From assembly GCA_963575745.1 (NCBI GenBank), contig CAUYUJ010000192.1:248001-312000 (forward strand): a stretch of DNA of 64,000 bases. The letters are read 5' to 3'. A program made the position numbers and the translations under genes. Below the pieces are notes generated by a model that saw nothing but the letters and a program-made list of their open reading frames with translations, made no database searches and was not told where the DNA came from. Positions within the stretch are counted from its first letter, which is position 1, and every line of letters starts with the position of its first letter. Shown here piece after piece: positions 12,901 through 26,220 of this stretch. The DNA comes from Prorocentrum cordatum. Taxonomy: Eukaryota.

Positions 12901-15900
12901 CCCACCTTACCGACGACTGCTGCACAACCCTGTCTGCTACACATCACACGTGCCGCGCCACCTGCCTGGCATGCCCAGACGTGTATACATCTGGGAAGTC
13001 CATGTTTATACATACACACACTATACGCGCGTGCACATGTAGACGCGTACGCGCACCTTCCACAGAGCACGCATGGCGCGACCGAGGCAATGCAAGCAAA
13101 CGCAGCGCCATCCTTTTAAGTGTATACACGAAGCCTCGCTTGTAATCAACCTTCCCCATACTTGGATCTACTCACCACTTACGACATGACGTTCTGGAGT
13201 ATACATGATGTGTACACATTCTGCACATGCTCTGTACAAACTCTGTTCGATACACGCCAGCTCAAACGCCGAGGTTTCCATCCTCGATATCTTCTTCCAG
13301 AGCGAGACGAATCGGGCGCCCCCGACCGAACTGCATCCAGATCGTGCTTTTGCCCACTGCACGTCTCGAGATTGCCCCCCCCCGGTCCTCTCCGCCAGCT
13401 CTGGATGTTGCTTGTCAGGTCAGCGTCGCCAGGGTACAGCTTCTCCCGCATCTTGGAGCGCGCAATCTTCCGCGGTGGCTCCTGGGCATTCCCGCGAGCC
13501 CCCGCTGGCATTGCACTGGAATGCCGAAGAGCAGACTGTCGCAGTGGCAAGTTCAACGTGGGCGCCCTGTTCGGCGGGTCCCAGAAGGACATGCTCTGCT
13601 CCAGCGCTTTGTGCACCGAATGGGAGAGGTTCCCAATGTCCTCGCCAGCGGCATCTGCCCCGGCGTCTCGGTCTACTCGCCGTAACTCTGCCATGATGCT
13701 GCTGGGACTGAGGACCGGAAACGCGTTCTCGGGTAGCGCCTCCACCGGCTTCGAGTCCTGGTCGTCCTCGCCCACGTCGGCGTTCTCCGGCATCGTCGTC
13801 ATGGTGCGGAGCACGTTCGCCCACAGGATGCGGTTGGACGGCGAGACGATGTGGCCGCGAAGGTAGCGCTTGAGGGCTACTCGGAAGCTCGGCGCGCTCC
13901 TCCCACAGCGCTGGCGCTTGGGCGGCAAGTTCAGATTCTTCGCTAGCGGAACAGGCCCCCGAGAAGATCCGCACTTGCACACCAATGTCCATGGTCGGAA
14001 GTACGCAATACAAAAATGCGCTGCGAGCGGCAGCGTCATTTCGCTGAGGCCTGATGGGCTCATGAAAGACGGGTAGCGCGGGGACGCCCCGGGGTACAAT
14101 CACGTACATGTGCGCAAACTCCATGTCGTCTGTATCTTCTTCGAGCGCAAAGTACCTGCATTCCTCCGTGGGTGGCTTCACGACATTGCGGACCCCAGAC
14201 CGTGGAGGCCCATCAGCCGCGGCCGGCGGCGAATTCGCCCTCCACTCCGTCGGGCCCGTCGATGGCTTCGAAGCATCTCTTGGTGGCGGGTACGTTGGTA
14301 CCACCTCGTACAAGCGGACGAACTCGCACGGGCTCAAAGCGGCATGATTGGGTCGGTAGGCGTACGCTCGCGCCGTCGCGTCCGGCGGAGTGGCCACCTC
14401 GCCTGCGTCCGTGAACACCACGGACCTCTTCTGGCGCCGCGCCGTCGCGCGCCCTACCCGAGTCTCGTCCGTCACGATCTGGAGGAAGCAGCCCGCGTAG
14501 AAGTCGGTGACAGGGCACGACGTGATGCACTCCGCTGCGAGCGGATTTGGCTTGTCCGCGAAGTGCGCCAAGTTCACCTCCTCGAAGATCGTCCGCGCCA
14601 CGCCCTTGGCCTCCCAGTCCCCGACGCAGCGGTGAACAGGGTTGATCGTCTGCTGCATCTCGGACTTCCCTTGGAGTCGCTCGGCCAGCGTGGACAGGCA
14701 GGTCTTCACCAGTTCCCGCGCCTTCTTCCCGACGCGCTGCACCTTGGAAATGTACCCGCCGATGTACCGCGAGGAGTTCGACATGGACCGCTGCACCGCG
14801 AATGCGATGCGTCGAAGGTGCCCTTCTTCTGTGTCTTCTCTGGAGCCGTGTCGACACAGGCAGTTCGGGTCGTGAGTAATGCCTGTGATCAGCGGGAGCC
14901 GGTTGTTCGGCGCCGTGTGCGTGTTGCTCCGAAATGCCACCGCCAATGCTGGACAAGTCCCGCTCAGGAAGTCGTCGTTCCGAGGCCCCGCGATCTCGCC
15001 CAACGCACTCCTCGGCCCGTTCACTTTAAGCCCGACTTCCCTGGCCACCTGAGGGCACACAACGCGGAATCTCGGTCCATCTGGGGCCGCCATGAGCATG
15101 GTCTTCGGGAAGCCGTGCTTGCACTTGTCGCCGTGTTTGCAGCCTTTCTTGATGCAGTGTGTGAGCGGCTTCCCGTTGGGATGGTGGTGATGCTGGACCT
15201 TCGAGAAGATCATCTGCGCATCTGCCTCGTAAGCCTGCTTGAAGGTGGCCGCGTCGGCGTCGCAGGCAACGGCATCGCACCCCTCGTCCCACTTCGTCTT
15301 CGGCTCGGCATGGTCCACATACGCGGGCCACCGACACAGACCTACGTGCTCCGATGCGCGGTGATTCTGCCGCCACTCAGACTCCAGCGACGGTAGGCTC
15401 TCCCGGTGCTCCTCGGGGGCCCAGTGCTCTTCCCTGTGGACCCACGCGTGCCACTCCTTAACCGCGTCCGCCAAGCCAGGGGACTCCCGAATTGTCCTCG
15501 CGATCTCAGTCAAGGGTGCGTGCTGGAACATGTTCGCGAGGTACACGAACCCGTGGAAGTGGAGCGTGCCTAGGTGCTGGTTCTCGACGGCGCCAAGCAA
15601 AGCTGCAGCAACCCCGAAAATCCCGCCCATGGGGCGCGAATTGGAGCCGAACTTGTCCGTGCAACAGCACCGGGGCTGCCTACGATATCTTCGCGCGACG
15701 CCGCACTCGGCGCACAACCGCAGACCCAGGAGGCGGCCCAAGATCACGTTCACGGCGACGCGGAAGCCCTGAACGACCGAGAGAGGATCATTGGCCACTT
15801 CGCACAGACGCAAATCGAAATCGGGGAGCTCCGCGTCGGCGCTCTCCGACAATGACGGCCACTCCCGTGACGCCAATCGTTTCCTCATGGCATTCCGTGC

Positions 15901-16780
15901 GTCGTCTGTGCACCCCGCGCGCAGCGGCGGGTCGCCCTGGCGTGCTCTGTGTAGACGCATCACCAAGCAGGACTGCTTCTGATTTGGCGAGATGGTGATG
16001 AAAAGCCCGTGCCCGTATCCAACCGCGCCAGACTGGAATACGTGGCCCATCCTGCGACGCAGCTCCTGGGTGCCTGCAAGGCTGCTCGTCACAGAGCGCA
16101 TGTTGTGCACGATCTGTTTCTGGGTTGTGTCCAGGCCATGCGCCATGTGCAGCACCGTCAAGTTGCCAGCAATTGGCCGCCTGTTCGGCCCGTAGTACCC
16201 CTTCGCCAACAGGTCGTGCAACCCGCGGACAGCCGCGGTCAGGCGCTCCGTGAAAGCGGATCCGTCTTCGTCCTTGTACTTCCTGACTTTGCTCCCCAAC
16301 CTCGCGGTGATGCCCAAAAAGCGGAAGTGGACATTGCGCATGCCTGGGATGAAGAGCCAGTCCGATCGGATATGGTGTTCCACTCGGCGACTCATGCCTG
16401 CAAGCCACATCCCCATGCTGATGGACGGCCGGTTTTGCACTTCCTCGGGCCGCCCCACCGCGCGCGCCGATCCGCTTCTCGGCAAAACCGTTGCGCCAAA
16501 TACCTCGTGAAGTCTGCCCCCCGCTCCTGCCACAGCGATCGTGTGCGGGAAAAGCGATCGCGGGTACTTCCCGCCACTGCTCCAACATGGGCCGCGCGGC
16601 GACGTAACGGACGACTGGCCCGCCCGTTCCATGCTCTCTGTTGCTTGGTGGGGGGGGGAAAAAACAAGCCACTGACTCCCGCGTCCCCTTGCCGGACTCG
16701 CATCTGGGGCGCGCAGGCGGTCGACTGGCATCGCGTCGAAAACCAAGCGACTCATGCTGTCCATCGCCCGCCTCGCGTGC

Positions 16781-16823
<43 letters not shown>

Positions 16824-19800
16824 TGCACACTGCTCCTGGACGGATCCGCCACCACCGTCGCCCGGTCCACGGCTGGCGGGACCTTCCCGTCGGTGTCCTG
16901 GGGGGTGCCGAGCCACGGGTAGCACTGCTTCACGCGCCTTTCAAACGCCTCCTTGGCAGCGGCGATTGCGATGGGATTGCCAGCAGCATCTCTACAAAAA
17001 GCGGGGTGGCCGCGGTCGATGAGCTCCCAGCCGAGCTGCAGCACCACATGAGCGCGGAGGCGCATGCGCTTCAGATGCTTCGACATGTCCTTGTCTTTCA
17101 TCCGGAACTCGAAGCGAACCAAGTGGGCCAGCGTCTCGCCGTCGTGGGGCAGCGCCGCAGCAGCACTGGAACTCTCCGTGATGGCGAGCAGGCGCTCCAG
17201 GACGTCGTCCCAATGCACCAGGAAGCTGGCCAGATTACCGCGGACAGCGTACCGACTGTGCGGATGCATGGCCTCTGGGGTTCGCCGTGCGAGCAGCGCG
17301 CCACTACCCCCCGTGCACCACTCGGCCACACTGCAGTTTCCAGGGGGGGCGGGGTCCGCAAAGAACAGAGAAGGGGCAGTGCCGCGCTACTTCGCGCAGC
17401 TCGCCTGATTGTTCATGAGGTGGCCCTTATCGCCCTCGACGTAGAACGCCATCAAACTCGTCCACACTGGCGTGGCCGCGGCCATCTCGATCCACCGGGG
17501 CTTGTGCTTCTCCCACCATGCCGACACGAACCCGACAAAATTGTCGTTGGCGATGGCGGGACGCGGGATTCGCTCCCGCACCGTTCGCGTCTTCGCGAAA
17601 ATGCCGCGGCACTGCCAGCACAGAGGTACGCGGCACGACTCGCACAGCTCATCAACAACTCCATGCTGACGGTCGCACACCACGTCTTCCGGGCAGCACA
17701 GGAAGCGCATGGAGTTCTGGCTTCCGTTCGGACCATTCCACCGCACCGTTCGCACCCACGGCGAAGACGCGGTTGTCTGCGTCGGATAGCGGTGCGACCG
17801 CGTCCCGCGGTGGTCCGGAGCAGGGTGCGGGAAGTGCGCCAGGAACGCGTCCAAGCCGAAGGCGTACTCCAGGAGCTCACGCGGACAACTGCGCAAGAGC
17901 CCGCGCAGTGGCGTCCATCCAATCTCACTGACTCCAGCGGACTCGGGGTCCTCGACACTCGTGTAGATCTGACCGCAGCAGAAGCACACACAGCGACCCG
18001 ACAAACAACACCGTTCGCCACTTGCCCTCATGTGCGAAAATATGCCCCCTCTCTTCAAATATGCCCCGAGAGCTGCATGCCCGTGCGCGCCCACCTCCAC
18101 CGCCTGGGCAGTAAATATGACCAGAATCCAGCTATCCTGCTCCTCCAATCACCTCGGCATGGACGCCGACATCGTCGGCGCTGTCAGCGAGTCTCTTGTT
18201 CCACCCCTGCCTCCACGCTGCTGGGAGGCAGGCCTGGTGGCAGCTGATTACGTGGCGCCGCAAATCCCCTTCCGTCTCCCCGGTCCTGCGGCACTGCCGA
18301 ACGGCGCAGTTGCAGATCGGCCACTGCAATCCGTCCATTACCTCCTGGATGTTGTCTGCGGCGTCCGACGGGTCGAACGGCGGAGGAAGCGTCGGGTCCT
18401 GCCGGAGAAATGCAGGGAAAGCCCGAGCTGCTTCGTGGGCGACGTCCAGCGTCGTGTGCGCCACGTCGGCGCCGCAGGCCAAGTGGTCAACGTCGGACTG
18501 CTCTGACCCGGCAGGGGCCTCCGACAGCTCGGAATTGGAGTCCGACGCCGGCTCTGAGGGCGATGACTCCCGGTCGGCGTCGGAGTCAGACTCGGGGGCC
18601 TCCGCGGCTGCAGCGGCATGCTCTTCGCGTTCGCCCTGCGGTCGGAGACGCCTTAGCGCGCGCGCAGCCGCGCCCCGTCGGCGGCCTTCGGGCGCGCGTT
18701 GCAGCCGAACTCCGCGCCCGCCGCACTCCCTCTCATTGAAACGCAAGCGCCCGGGGCCCCGGCTCAGGATGCGGCCCGGCGGAGAAAAGGCGCCCCGATC
18801 GGGCGGCGCCAGTCGGAAGAGTCTGCCCGCGCCGACTTCATGCGCGAAAGCGCGTAGGCCGGGTCAGGATGCGGCGGCGGCGGCGGAGGTGCAGCGTGGC
18901 GCGGTCTCCACTCCAGAGGGTCGGCGAGAAAACGTAAGAACCTATGAAGAAAGCCGCCACGTCCTTCCTCGCCGAATAGCGCATCCCACGTCATCGAAAC
19001 ACCGAACGGGTCGCTGAACCTTCCCCCGCACGCGCAAGTCGCTCTCCCAACGTCGCGGAGCGTTCGTGGCCAGACGTCGCCACTTCCCACCGCATCGTAG
19101 TGTGAAGACCCGTCGACGTCATAGTGGACAAAAGCAAAATCGAGCACTGGGATTTGCGCACGTCCCTGCAGCAACCCCTGGTCCGGGAAGATGGCCGCCT
19201 GGCTCCACGCGTTGAATGGCACGTACAGAGCGAGAGCGCCACAAGCCTCCAGGAAGTGCGTGATCACAACAGCGTCTGCATATCGGCGCGTTGCCGACAC
19301 GTCCTCCGAATGGAGGCCCATGCATATGTCCACGTAGAACACCTGCAGTGGGCGGGGGCAAGAGATAACGCGGGGGTCACTGCGACTCCGCCATTGAAAG
19401 CCAGACCAGTCCCCCAAAAAATTCCTTCGCCCGAGTGAACGCATAAGCGCGGCCCCAGACGCCCTCTCGGCAACGCCCCGACGGCCCCGCCCTCAGAGTT
19501 CGAAAGCATCGCGTGCCTCCTGTGCAAGCACTATTTGGGAAATGTGCTCCTGGATCTCCGGGCTCCGCGAAGGGCACCCCTTCCTCCCCGTGCCCGCGGC
19601 GCCACCTTCCAGTTGGGGAGACTGCCCCACGCGACGCCACTGGCCACCTGCGCTGGCAACTCCTTCTGCAGGCGGGCCCTCCTCTCCACGGCGTACTCGT
19701 CCAGCTGCAGCGCCGCGAACAATTGCTGGTTCCGCTGCTTCATCATCTTCACCAGCGTCCATCTGTACAGCTTCCAAGCCGCGCGGCCTGGAAGTCCCAG

Positions 19801-20025
19801 TTCGGCAGCCGCAGCGCGGAAAAAGCACAGCCCGTCTCCACGAACAGGGCGCACGGACAGCCGCATCCCTGGCCGCGTCGCCGAGAGCAGATCAGCCACG
19901 CGACCCAGCGACTCGTTGGCGCAACTAATGCGGGACCGCCTGATGGCCTCCCCGTCATCGTCGAGCCCAACCTCGCTCACGCGCGCCTGGTCGACTGCGA
20001 TCTCCTCGTCGCTCGACTCCGCCAT
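9962..20025 (-). CDS. Multi-exon RepHel transposase, frameshifted in this assembly
   Basis: Rep motifs GLFITISPN (~15983-16009), ENQHLGTLHFH (~15550-15585), YIGGYISK (~14743-14766). Pif1 motifs GLPGSGKS (~12697-12720), LIIDEV, FGGLNLVLLGDLWQIPPV, QSHR, ATAHCVTGATL, YVAISRTR. N-terminal OTU domain; C-terminal CxxC repeats. Confidence 0.93.
16830..18400 (-). CDS. C2H2-like finger, Cys-rich region and DUF6570-like region of RepHel (intron 17273-17404)
   Basis: CAVRQC..LRRHVISCH; CESCRVPLCWQC; PAIANDNFVG..WIE; AVRGNL; LRAHVVLQLGWELIDRGHPAF. Confidence 0.7.
19000..20025 (-). CDS. OTU-like cysteine protease exons of RepHel (intron 19343-19647)
   Basis: VRGDGLCFFRA in exon 1 and HYDAV in exon 2. 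CAG|GTG at both intron ends, phase 0. Confidence 0.8.
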
Positions 20026-21342
20026 GGCGCGCCAGAAGCGTCGCCGCCCCGCGGGCCAACTGGGCAGCCCTGACTGCGGCAAGACTGGACCCCGGAGCCG
20101 CTATCGAGCCCACATGGTTTACAGATGCCGCGCGCGCTGAGATGGGCCATTGTGGGACGCACGGCTAATGGGCGAATTCCGATGCGACCTCAGGTTGCGC
20201 GGCGCTCGGCGCATGCTCCGGGGTTGCTTTCAAAATGGTCTTGCATTGAAGCGTGATTTTCGGAAGGGCGCTCGCAGACGCCACGCAGCCCCCTGGGGCT
20301 CCACGATCCCGGAAGTCTAAAAGGACCTGGGGTTCACAGAGACAGAATGGATCACAACCTCCGATGCCCCAGCGAACGTGCTGCCCGCCCACAGGGGTCG
20401 GATCAAAAGGCCTCGAAGGTGCAGCCAGGAAGCAGAATCACAGAGCCCGAGATCGGCTTGGCCATCGCTCCCCGGTGTATCTCCCGCGGTCACTGCGGGT
20501 TCGCATTGAAGTTTAAACGCGACCTCAGGTTGCGGGACAGACAACGCAGAAGTTTTCCCCATCAGTGAAAGAAGACGAAGGTGGGTGCATATCATGAAGT
20601 GACAGTTATCGTGTGGACTCGTGCGCGCGGCGAGTGAATGAAGACGATGGTGGTTGCCGGAGATGTGATGCCGATGGTGGTGTTTGTCCGTCTGGATGGT
20701 GCTGAATGATGGCAGGTAAGATGATACATCGAGGCTATGATGAAGGAGGTTTCTTCAAAATCGACAGACCTACTGGAAACTTCAGAAAGATAGGGAGGAG
20801 TTTTGGCAACACGCTGACTACAAGCCTAACCAGCTTTGGGTAATGCTGCTTTCGCTTTATTGTGCTCGAAAAAGGTCAAAGCTAATGTACATGCAGCACC
20901 GTGCGAGCAGCTGCGGATCGAAAGTCCCGATAATCATGGGAGCGCGCTGCATGGCCGACGGGGAGAGCTGGAAAATGTTACTACCTGAGCGCTGGACTAC
21001 CTGAGCGCTGGAACGAGTCATGCGGGTTCACCCCTCAGTGTCAAGAGATGTGCAAGCACGACGAGGCGTTGGTCAAGAGGCCTGGTCAAAACTGCCGCTG
21101 AGAAGGCAAAGCTGGTTCTAGCCGAGTCTGTGGCTCGGCAGTCGTGGCGCTGAGAGGGCAAGGCTGGTTGTAGCCGAATATACTCGGGGGTTGCCAGGGG
21201 TGCCCCCGGCCCAATGCGCTTCTGGCTTCTCGTGCCATTTTAGAGCCCCCAGGGCCCTCTGACCCCCGCGAGGAGCGCTCTGGAGGCCGCGGGGGCCCCC
21301 GCGGTACTTCTGGGGCACCTTGGGCCAAGGACACCTTGAGCA

Positions 21343-22674
21343 TCAATCCGATAAAGCGCCGGCCAGCCAGCGCTCGGAGCGGCCTGCTTCCCTCGCGCCC
21401 TGGCGCGCCCGGGCGCGGCAAACCGCGGCGAGCATCGAGTGAGGGCGCTCACTGCTCAGCGTACTCCATGGCTCCAGGGCGCGCAGGAGGTCGCCCGTGG
21501 GGGGGCTGTCGCGCACGAGCACAAGCAGAACCTCCAGGCCGTCGAGCAAGGGCTCCAGCCCGTCGAGCTTCGCCTTGTCGTCCGCCAGCATGGCCGCCTG
21601 CGCATCTGCCTGCAATGATTCGAGGAAGCGATCAAGCTTCGCCACGATCTTCGCAACGGCCGCCTCCGGCGACATGTCCCTCGCCGCCGCCGCGGCTGCC
21701 ATGTCCCCCTCGAAGATCGTCAGGCGCTGCGCCCACTCGAGCCTTCGAACGGGGGTTGCATTTCCCGAAGCAACGCGCCCTCTGCGCCGCCGCATCGGGA
21801 GCGGTGCGCGGGGATCGGGAAGACCGCGACATGAACGCGATAATCATAGCCGCGCTTGCCTTCCCGAGGCGGAAACGCTCGGGCGCCCCCCCCGAAAATG
21901 CAACCCTCGCGCGGCAACCTGTCGGCCGGGAAAGCCGCCGCCGGCCAGCGAGACACGGTGCCCGCGAGCGCCTCCGCGCCGACCCCCGGCATCTCCACGA
22001 AACGCTTGACCGCGGCAGCGATGTCCAGCTGAATGCCCTTGAACGCACGGTATTTCGCCCTCTCCGCAGACTGCGCTGCGCTCCGCGCTTCCCCCGCTGC
22101 GAACGCCGTCGCCGCCTCGAGGTACGCGCCCACCGTCACCTCCGCCGCGGCGGCGGTCGGCGCCGGGACGGCGTGGGCCAGCGGCGCGGCCGCGGGCGCC
22201 GGCGCCTGCGCAACCCCGGCGACGCCCGCAGGCGGAGCCACCGCCGGGACCGCCAAGGCTCCGCCGCTGGCCATTGAAGCGGCACCGACCGCCGGGGCGC
22301 CCGCGGGCGCACGCGCCGGCGGCACGGCATCCGCGCCCGCGCCAACCGCCGCCAACGTCATCGCCCTCGACGCGGCAACGCCGCCCGCCGTCGCCACCTG
22401 GACGCTGCTGGCGGCGCGCTTCACTTCCCGTATCGCCGCCGCGGCCTCTGACCGCCGCGCCAGCGCCAACCGCCTCCACCCCCGCCGTCGGCGATTCAGC
22501 GACGCCGCCCGCCATCGACATCTGGAAAACGCCGGCGGCGGTTGTCTCTGTCGCCATCTCTGCCTGCGCCCCGCGCTGCCCCGCATCCACGGACAGCGTG
22601 ACCGCGGCGAAAAAAAAAAACAAAATAAAAAAAAAAAAAAAAAAATAAAAAAAAAAAAAAAAAAAAAAAAAAAA

Positions 22675-22707
<33 letters not shown>

Positions 22708-23660
22708 GAATCAAAAAAAAAAAAAGGTGGCTCCCGCGATGAGTTTGTCACGCGCGCCTTCACCGCGAGCAGCTGGCAGGAAGTCCCCTTCCGCCCGGGG
22801 GGCAGCCGTGAGAACGGACCGGGAACCGCTCCCACCGCGCTAGCGCCAATAGAGCTCCAGCCGGACGACGGACGGTTACCCAGCAACCCAGATTCGAGGA
22901 GCCCTCGACGTAACTTGTCGGCGACCAGTCCCACTGGGCGAATCTGCACGGAATGCCACGACGTCCACCTGGTATGGTTCGTGGAATTCGTGTTCTCCCG
23001 GAACAGCAGCTTCGACGCTCCGCCCTGGTGCGAGAACCCTCCTGGGCGGCCAACGGCATTTACGCCCATGGCCTCGCCGATCAGTTGGCGCAGCTCGGCG
23101 CGGAACTCCTCGAAGGTCTGCGTGTACATCCCGAAGCACCACGCACCTGGGGCATTCGCAATGCCGCCCTCTGCCGTTTCCTGGACGACAGCAGTCGGGT
23201 TGTCCTGGTGCGACGGGCTCATGTACTCGGCCACGACGTTCTGCGGCAACCCAGCATTGAATGCTGTGGCCCACTCGGGGACGTTGGCCGCATTCTTGGA
23301 AATCAAGCCGGACATCCAACGAACTGCGTTCTTGGACTCCTTCCTGCAGACAAGCTCGTCCGCATCCGCGAGCACTCCGACGATGCCGCCATCAAATGCC
23401 AGGCCCTTTGCCTGCACACTGACGTCGAAGAATACCTCCAGCACCATGGCCTGGACCTTCGAGTTCGCGTCCATCTCGCGGGCCTTCAGCGGGGAGCCAC
23501 CGGCCGACTGGAGGAACGAGGTCATGCTGAGGAAGTCAACGCGAGTTCGCTTGCCTGAGAGAACACCTTGGTCCGAAGTGGCTGCGGGACTTCCACCTTG
23601 CCTTCTCTTTCAGATGGACAGCCTTCATCTGCAGGGCTCTTGGCGTCCACGACGGCCCCA
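21343..23660 (-). CDS. Accessory/cargo gene inside the Helitron, distal part (frameshifted, function unknown)
   Basis: Globular-looking sequence at 22730-23525, an Ala/Pro linker, then a helical C-terminus (KIVAKLDRFLESLQADAQAAML..) ending at 21343. Interrupted by a poly-A block. Confidence 0.55.
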
Positions 23661-24422
23661 TATGCCTCCACAGTGACAGTAGGACGCCCAGAAGAGGCTC
23701 CCAATAATGCCTCCGCAGACCCAAAAGTGACCCGGCAGGCCTGCAAAATGGCGCAGCTCGCCCACGCGCATGAAAAGATATCCCCAGAATGCCTCCGAAT
23801 AAAATCAAATGATATAGCAGCGGTGCTGCGAAGACAGGAACGAATCCCACAGACGGGCCAAAGTAGCCCCAAGAGGCCCCAAGAAGGCCCCACAGATCCT
23901 CCCACGAACCCGCGAAAATGGCGAGCGGCCCCAAAGAGCCCCCGATGGGAAAGACGAACTGGCATTTTGAACCTTTCCCCCCAAGATGGCCCCCAAGAAA
24001 AAGAAAAGCCTCCCGCGGGCTCCCTGAAAAGACCCCAAAAGGCTCCAAGATGGCCTCGCGATGAGGCCCCCCAAAGCGCCCCAAGACAGCCCAAGGTGAC
24101 CCCAATAAGGTCGGCTGAAGAGGCTCCCAAAATGGCCTCAAGATCAGAGGCCCCCAAGAGTGCCCCAAGACAGCCCAAGGTGCCCCCAACAAGGTCGGGG
24201 ACGGCCAGCGCGACAACGAGTATGGACCAGGATGGACATCAAGACGGCCGACACGGCCTTCAACGTGAAGGCTGAGTGACTCTGAATGTGAGTGAGTCTG
24301 AATGTGAATGTGTCTTCGCGTGTGAGTCTGAATATGACTGAGCACACTGTTACTGTATCTGGGTGTGAGCGGCATGCGGAAGACTCAGTCAGGGAATCAG
24401 AGAATCTGAGTTGGAGTCTGAA

Positions 24423-24940
24423 TGGGCTGTAGGGCTATAGGGCTATAGGGCTCTAGAGCTATGCGGCTATAGGGCTATAGAGCTATGCGGCTATAGGGCT
24501 ATAGGGCTATACGGCTCTAGGGCTCAAGGGCAAAAGGGATATAAGGCTATAGGGCTATAGGGCTATAGGCCTATAGAACTATAGGGCTACAGGGATATAG
24601 GGCTATGGAGCTATACGGGTATGGGGATATAGATGTGAAGGAATATCGGACTACATTGCTATATGGGCTATTGGGCTATTGGGCTACAGGACTATAGGGC
24701 TAAAGGGTTATAGGGCTATAGGGCTATAGGGCTATACGGCTATAGGGCTATAAGTCTATAGCGCTATAGTGCTCTAGGGCTCTAGGGCTATAGGGCTATA
24801 AGGCTGTAGGGCTATAGGGCCATGTAGGCTATAGGGCTTTAGAGCTATGGGGCTATAGGGCTATAGAGCTATAAAGCTATAGGGCTCTAGGGCTCTAGGA
24901 ATATAGGGCTATAGGGCTACAGGGCTATAGGGCTATAGGG
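24423..24940 (+). repeat. (GGGCTATA)n minisatellite
   Basis: Direct reading. Confidence 0.95.
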
Positions 24941-25614
24941 CCTCCGAATGCCCCCAGAAAGCTCCAAAGATGCTCCAGGAGTGCAAAGTCGATCAGGGCC
25001 CCCGCTGGTGGCCCCGCAGGGTGACACCCATTCGGGAGCAGAGCCTCCCTCCTCCGGCTCTCCCCTTCCAATACGAAAGCGTCTGAGACTTCCGCGCTCT
25101 TGAGGTTCGTGAGAAACCGTCTTCAAGGCTTCCCCATTGTCGGACCCTCCCCTACGTCCGAACCGCTCCCATACTGCTTAAAACCTCACTCTTATCCGAA
25201 AACGTCTTGGCGCGATCTTGGAGGCTCTTCGGGCCGTCGTGGAGCGTCCGAGACACGAAACAGCGAGAAGCACACGACCACGACCTCTGACGGTGCGCTT
25301 TGACCAGAGTTCCGAAGTGAATCCAGCCGTGACGCCGAGGGTCCCCCAGGCGAAAACGAGGAAACGTAATCGGCATCGGTGTGTTTTCCTCCTCTGAGGG
25401 CAGGCAAGCCGTCCCTGCCAATGCCGAAAATGTGCGCTGCCTGGATTTGCCAGGTTACGCTGGATGGCTGCCCTTAATGTCGTCATGACTCTGGTGCGCT
25501 GCCCGGATCTGCCGGGTCACGCCGGATGCAGCGAGTCAAGCGAGAGACGGCTGGGAGTTCTGGTAGCAAGTAATAAAGCGAGAGGACCTCGAGGAGCACG
25601 TCCGGAGCACGTCC

Positions 25615-26220
25615 GGGGCCTCCCTGGAGGGGTACGAAACAATTTAAATAGTATGGTTTTCGGATACCCTCCTCGCTCAGGCAGGGCCTCCGTGGAGGTG
25701 TGGGAGGGGCACGAAACCATGTACATAGTATGGTATTCCGATACCCCCCTAGCTCAGGCGGGGCCTCCCTGGAGGTGTGGGAGGGGCACGAAACCATGTA
25801 AATAGTATGATTTTCGGATACCCTCCTCGCTCAGGCGGGGCCTCCCTGGAGGGGTGGGAGGGGCACGAAACCATGTAAATAGTATGGTATTCCGATGCCC
25901 TCCTCGCTCAGGCGGGGCCTCCCTGGAGGTGTGGGAGGGGCACGAAACCATGTAAATAGTATGGTTTTCGGTATGGAGTGGTCTGGAATGGTATGGTAGG
26001 TATGGTATGGTACGGTATGGTATGATATGGTATGGTATGGTACTGGAGGTATGGTATGGTATGGTACGGTGTGGCATTGGTGTGATATGGTATGGTATGC
26101 TATGGTACGCCATGGTATGGTATGGTACGGTATGGTACGTATGGTGTGGTATGGTATGGTATGGTATGGTATGGTATGTGTGGTAGGAACTCTGGTATGG
26201 TATGGTGTGTGGTATGGTAG
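25615..26220 (+). repeat. ~77-bp tandem repeat (about 4.5 units) followed by (TATGG)n
   Basis: GAAACCATGTA recurs at ~25713, 25790, 25867 and 25944. Confidence 0.9.

Noticed and set aside
16786..16820. Poly-A tracts (also 11103-11180 and 22610-22724) as retroposon tails or poly-Phe/Lys segments
   Set aside because: They interrupt otherwise continuous coding sequence, and copy 2 lacks the 11.1-kb tract; probably artefacts.
24423..24940. Telomeric repeat
   Set aside because: The unit is the 8-mer GGGCTATA, not TTTAGGG; it is degenerate and interstitial.
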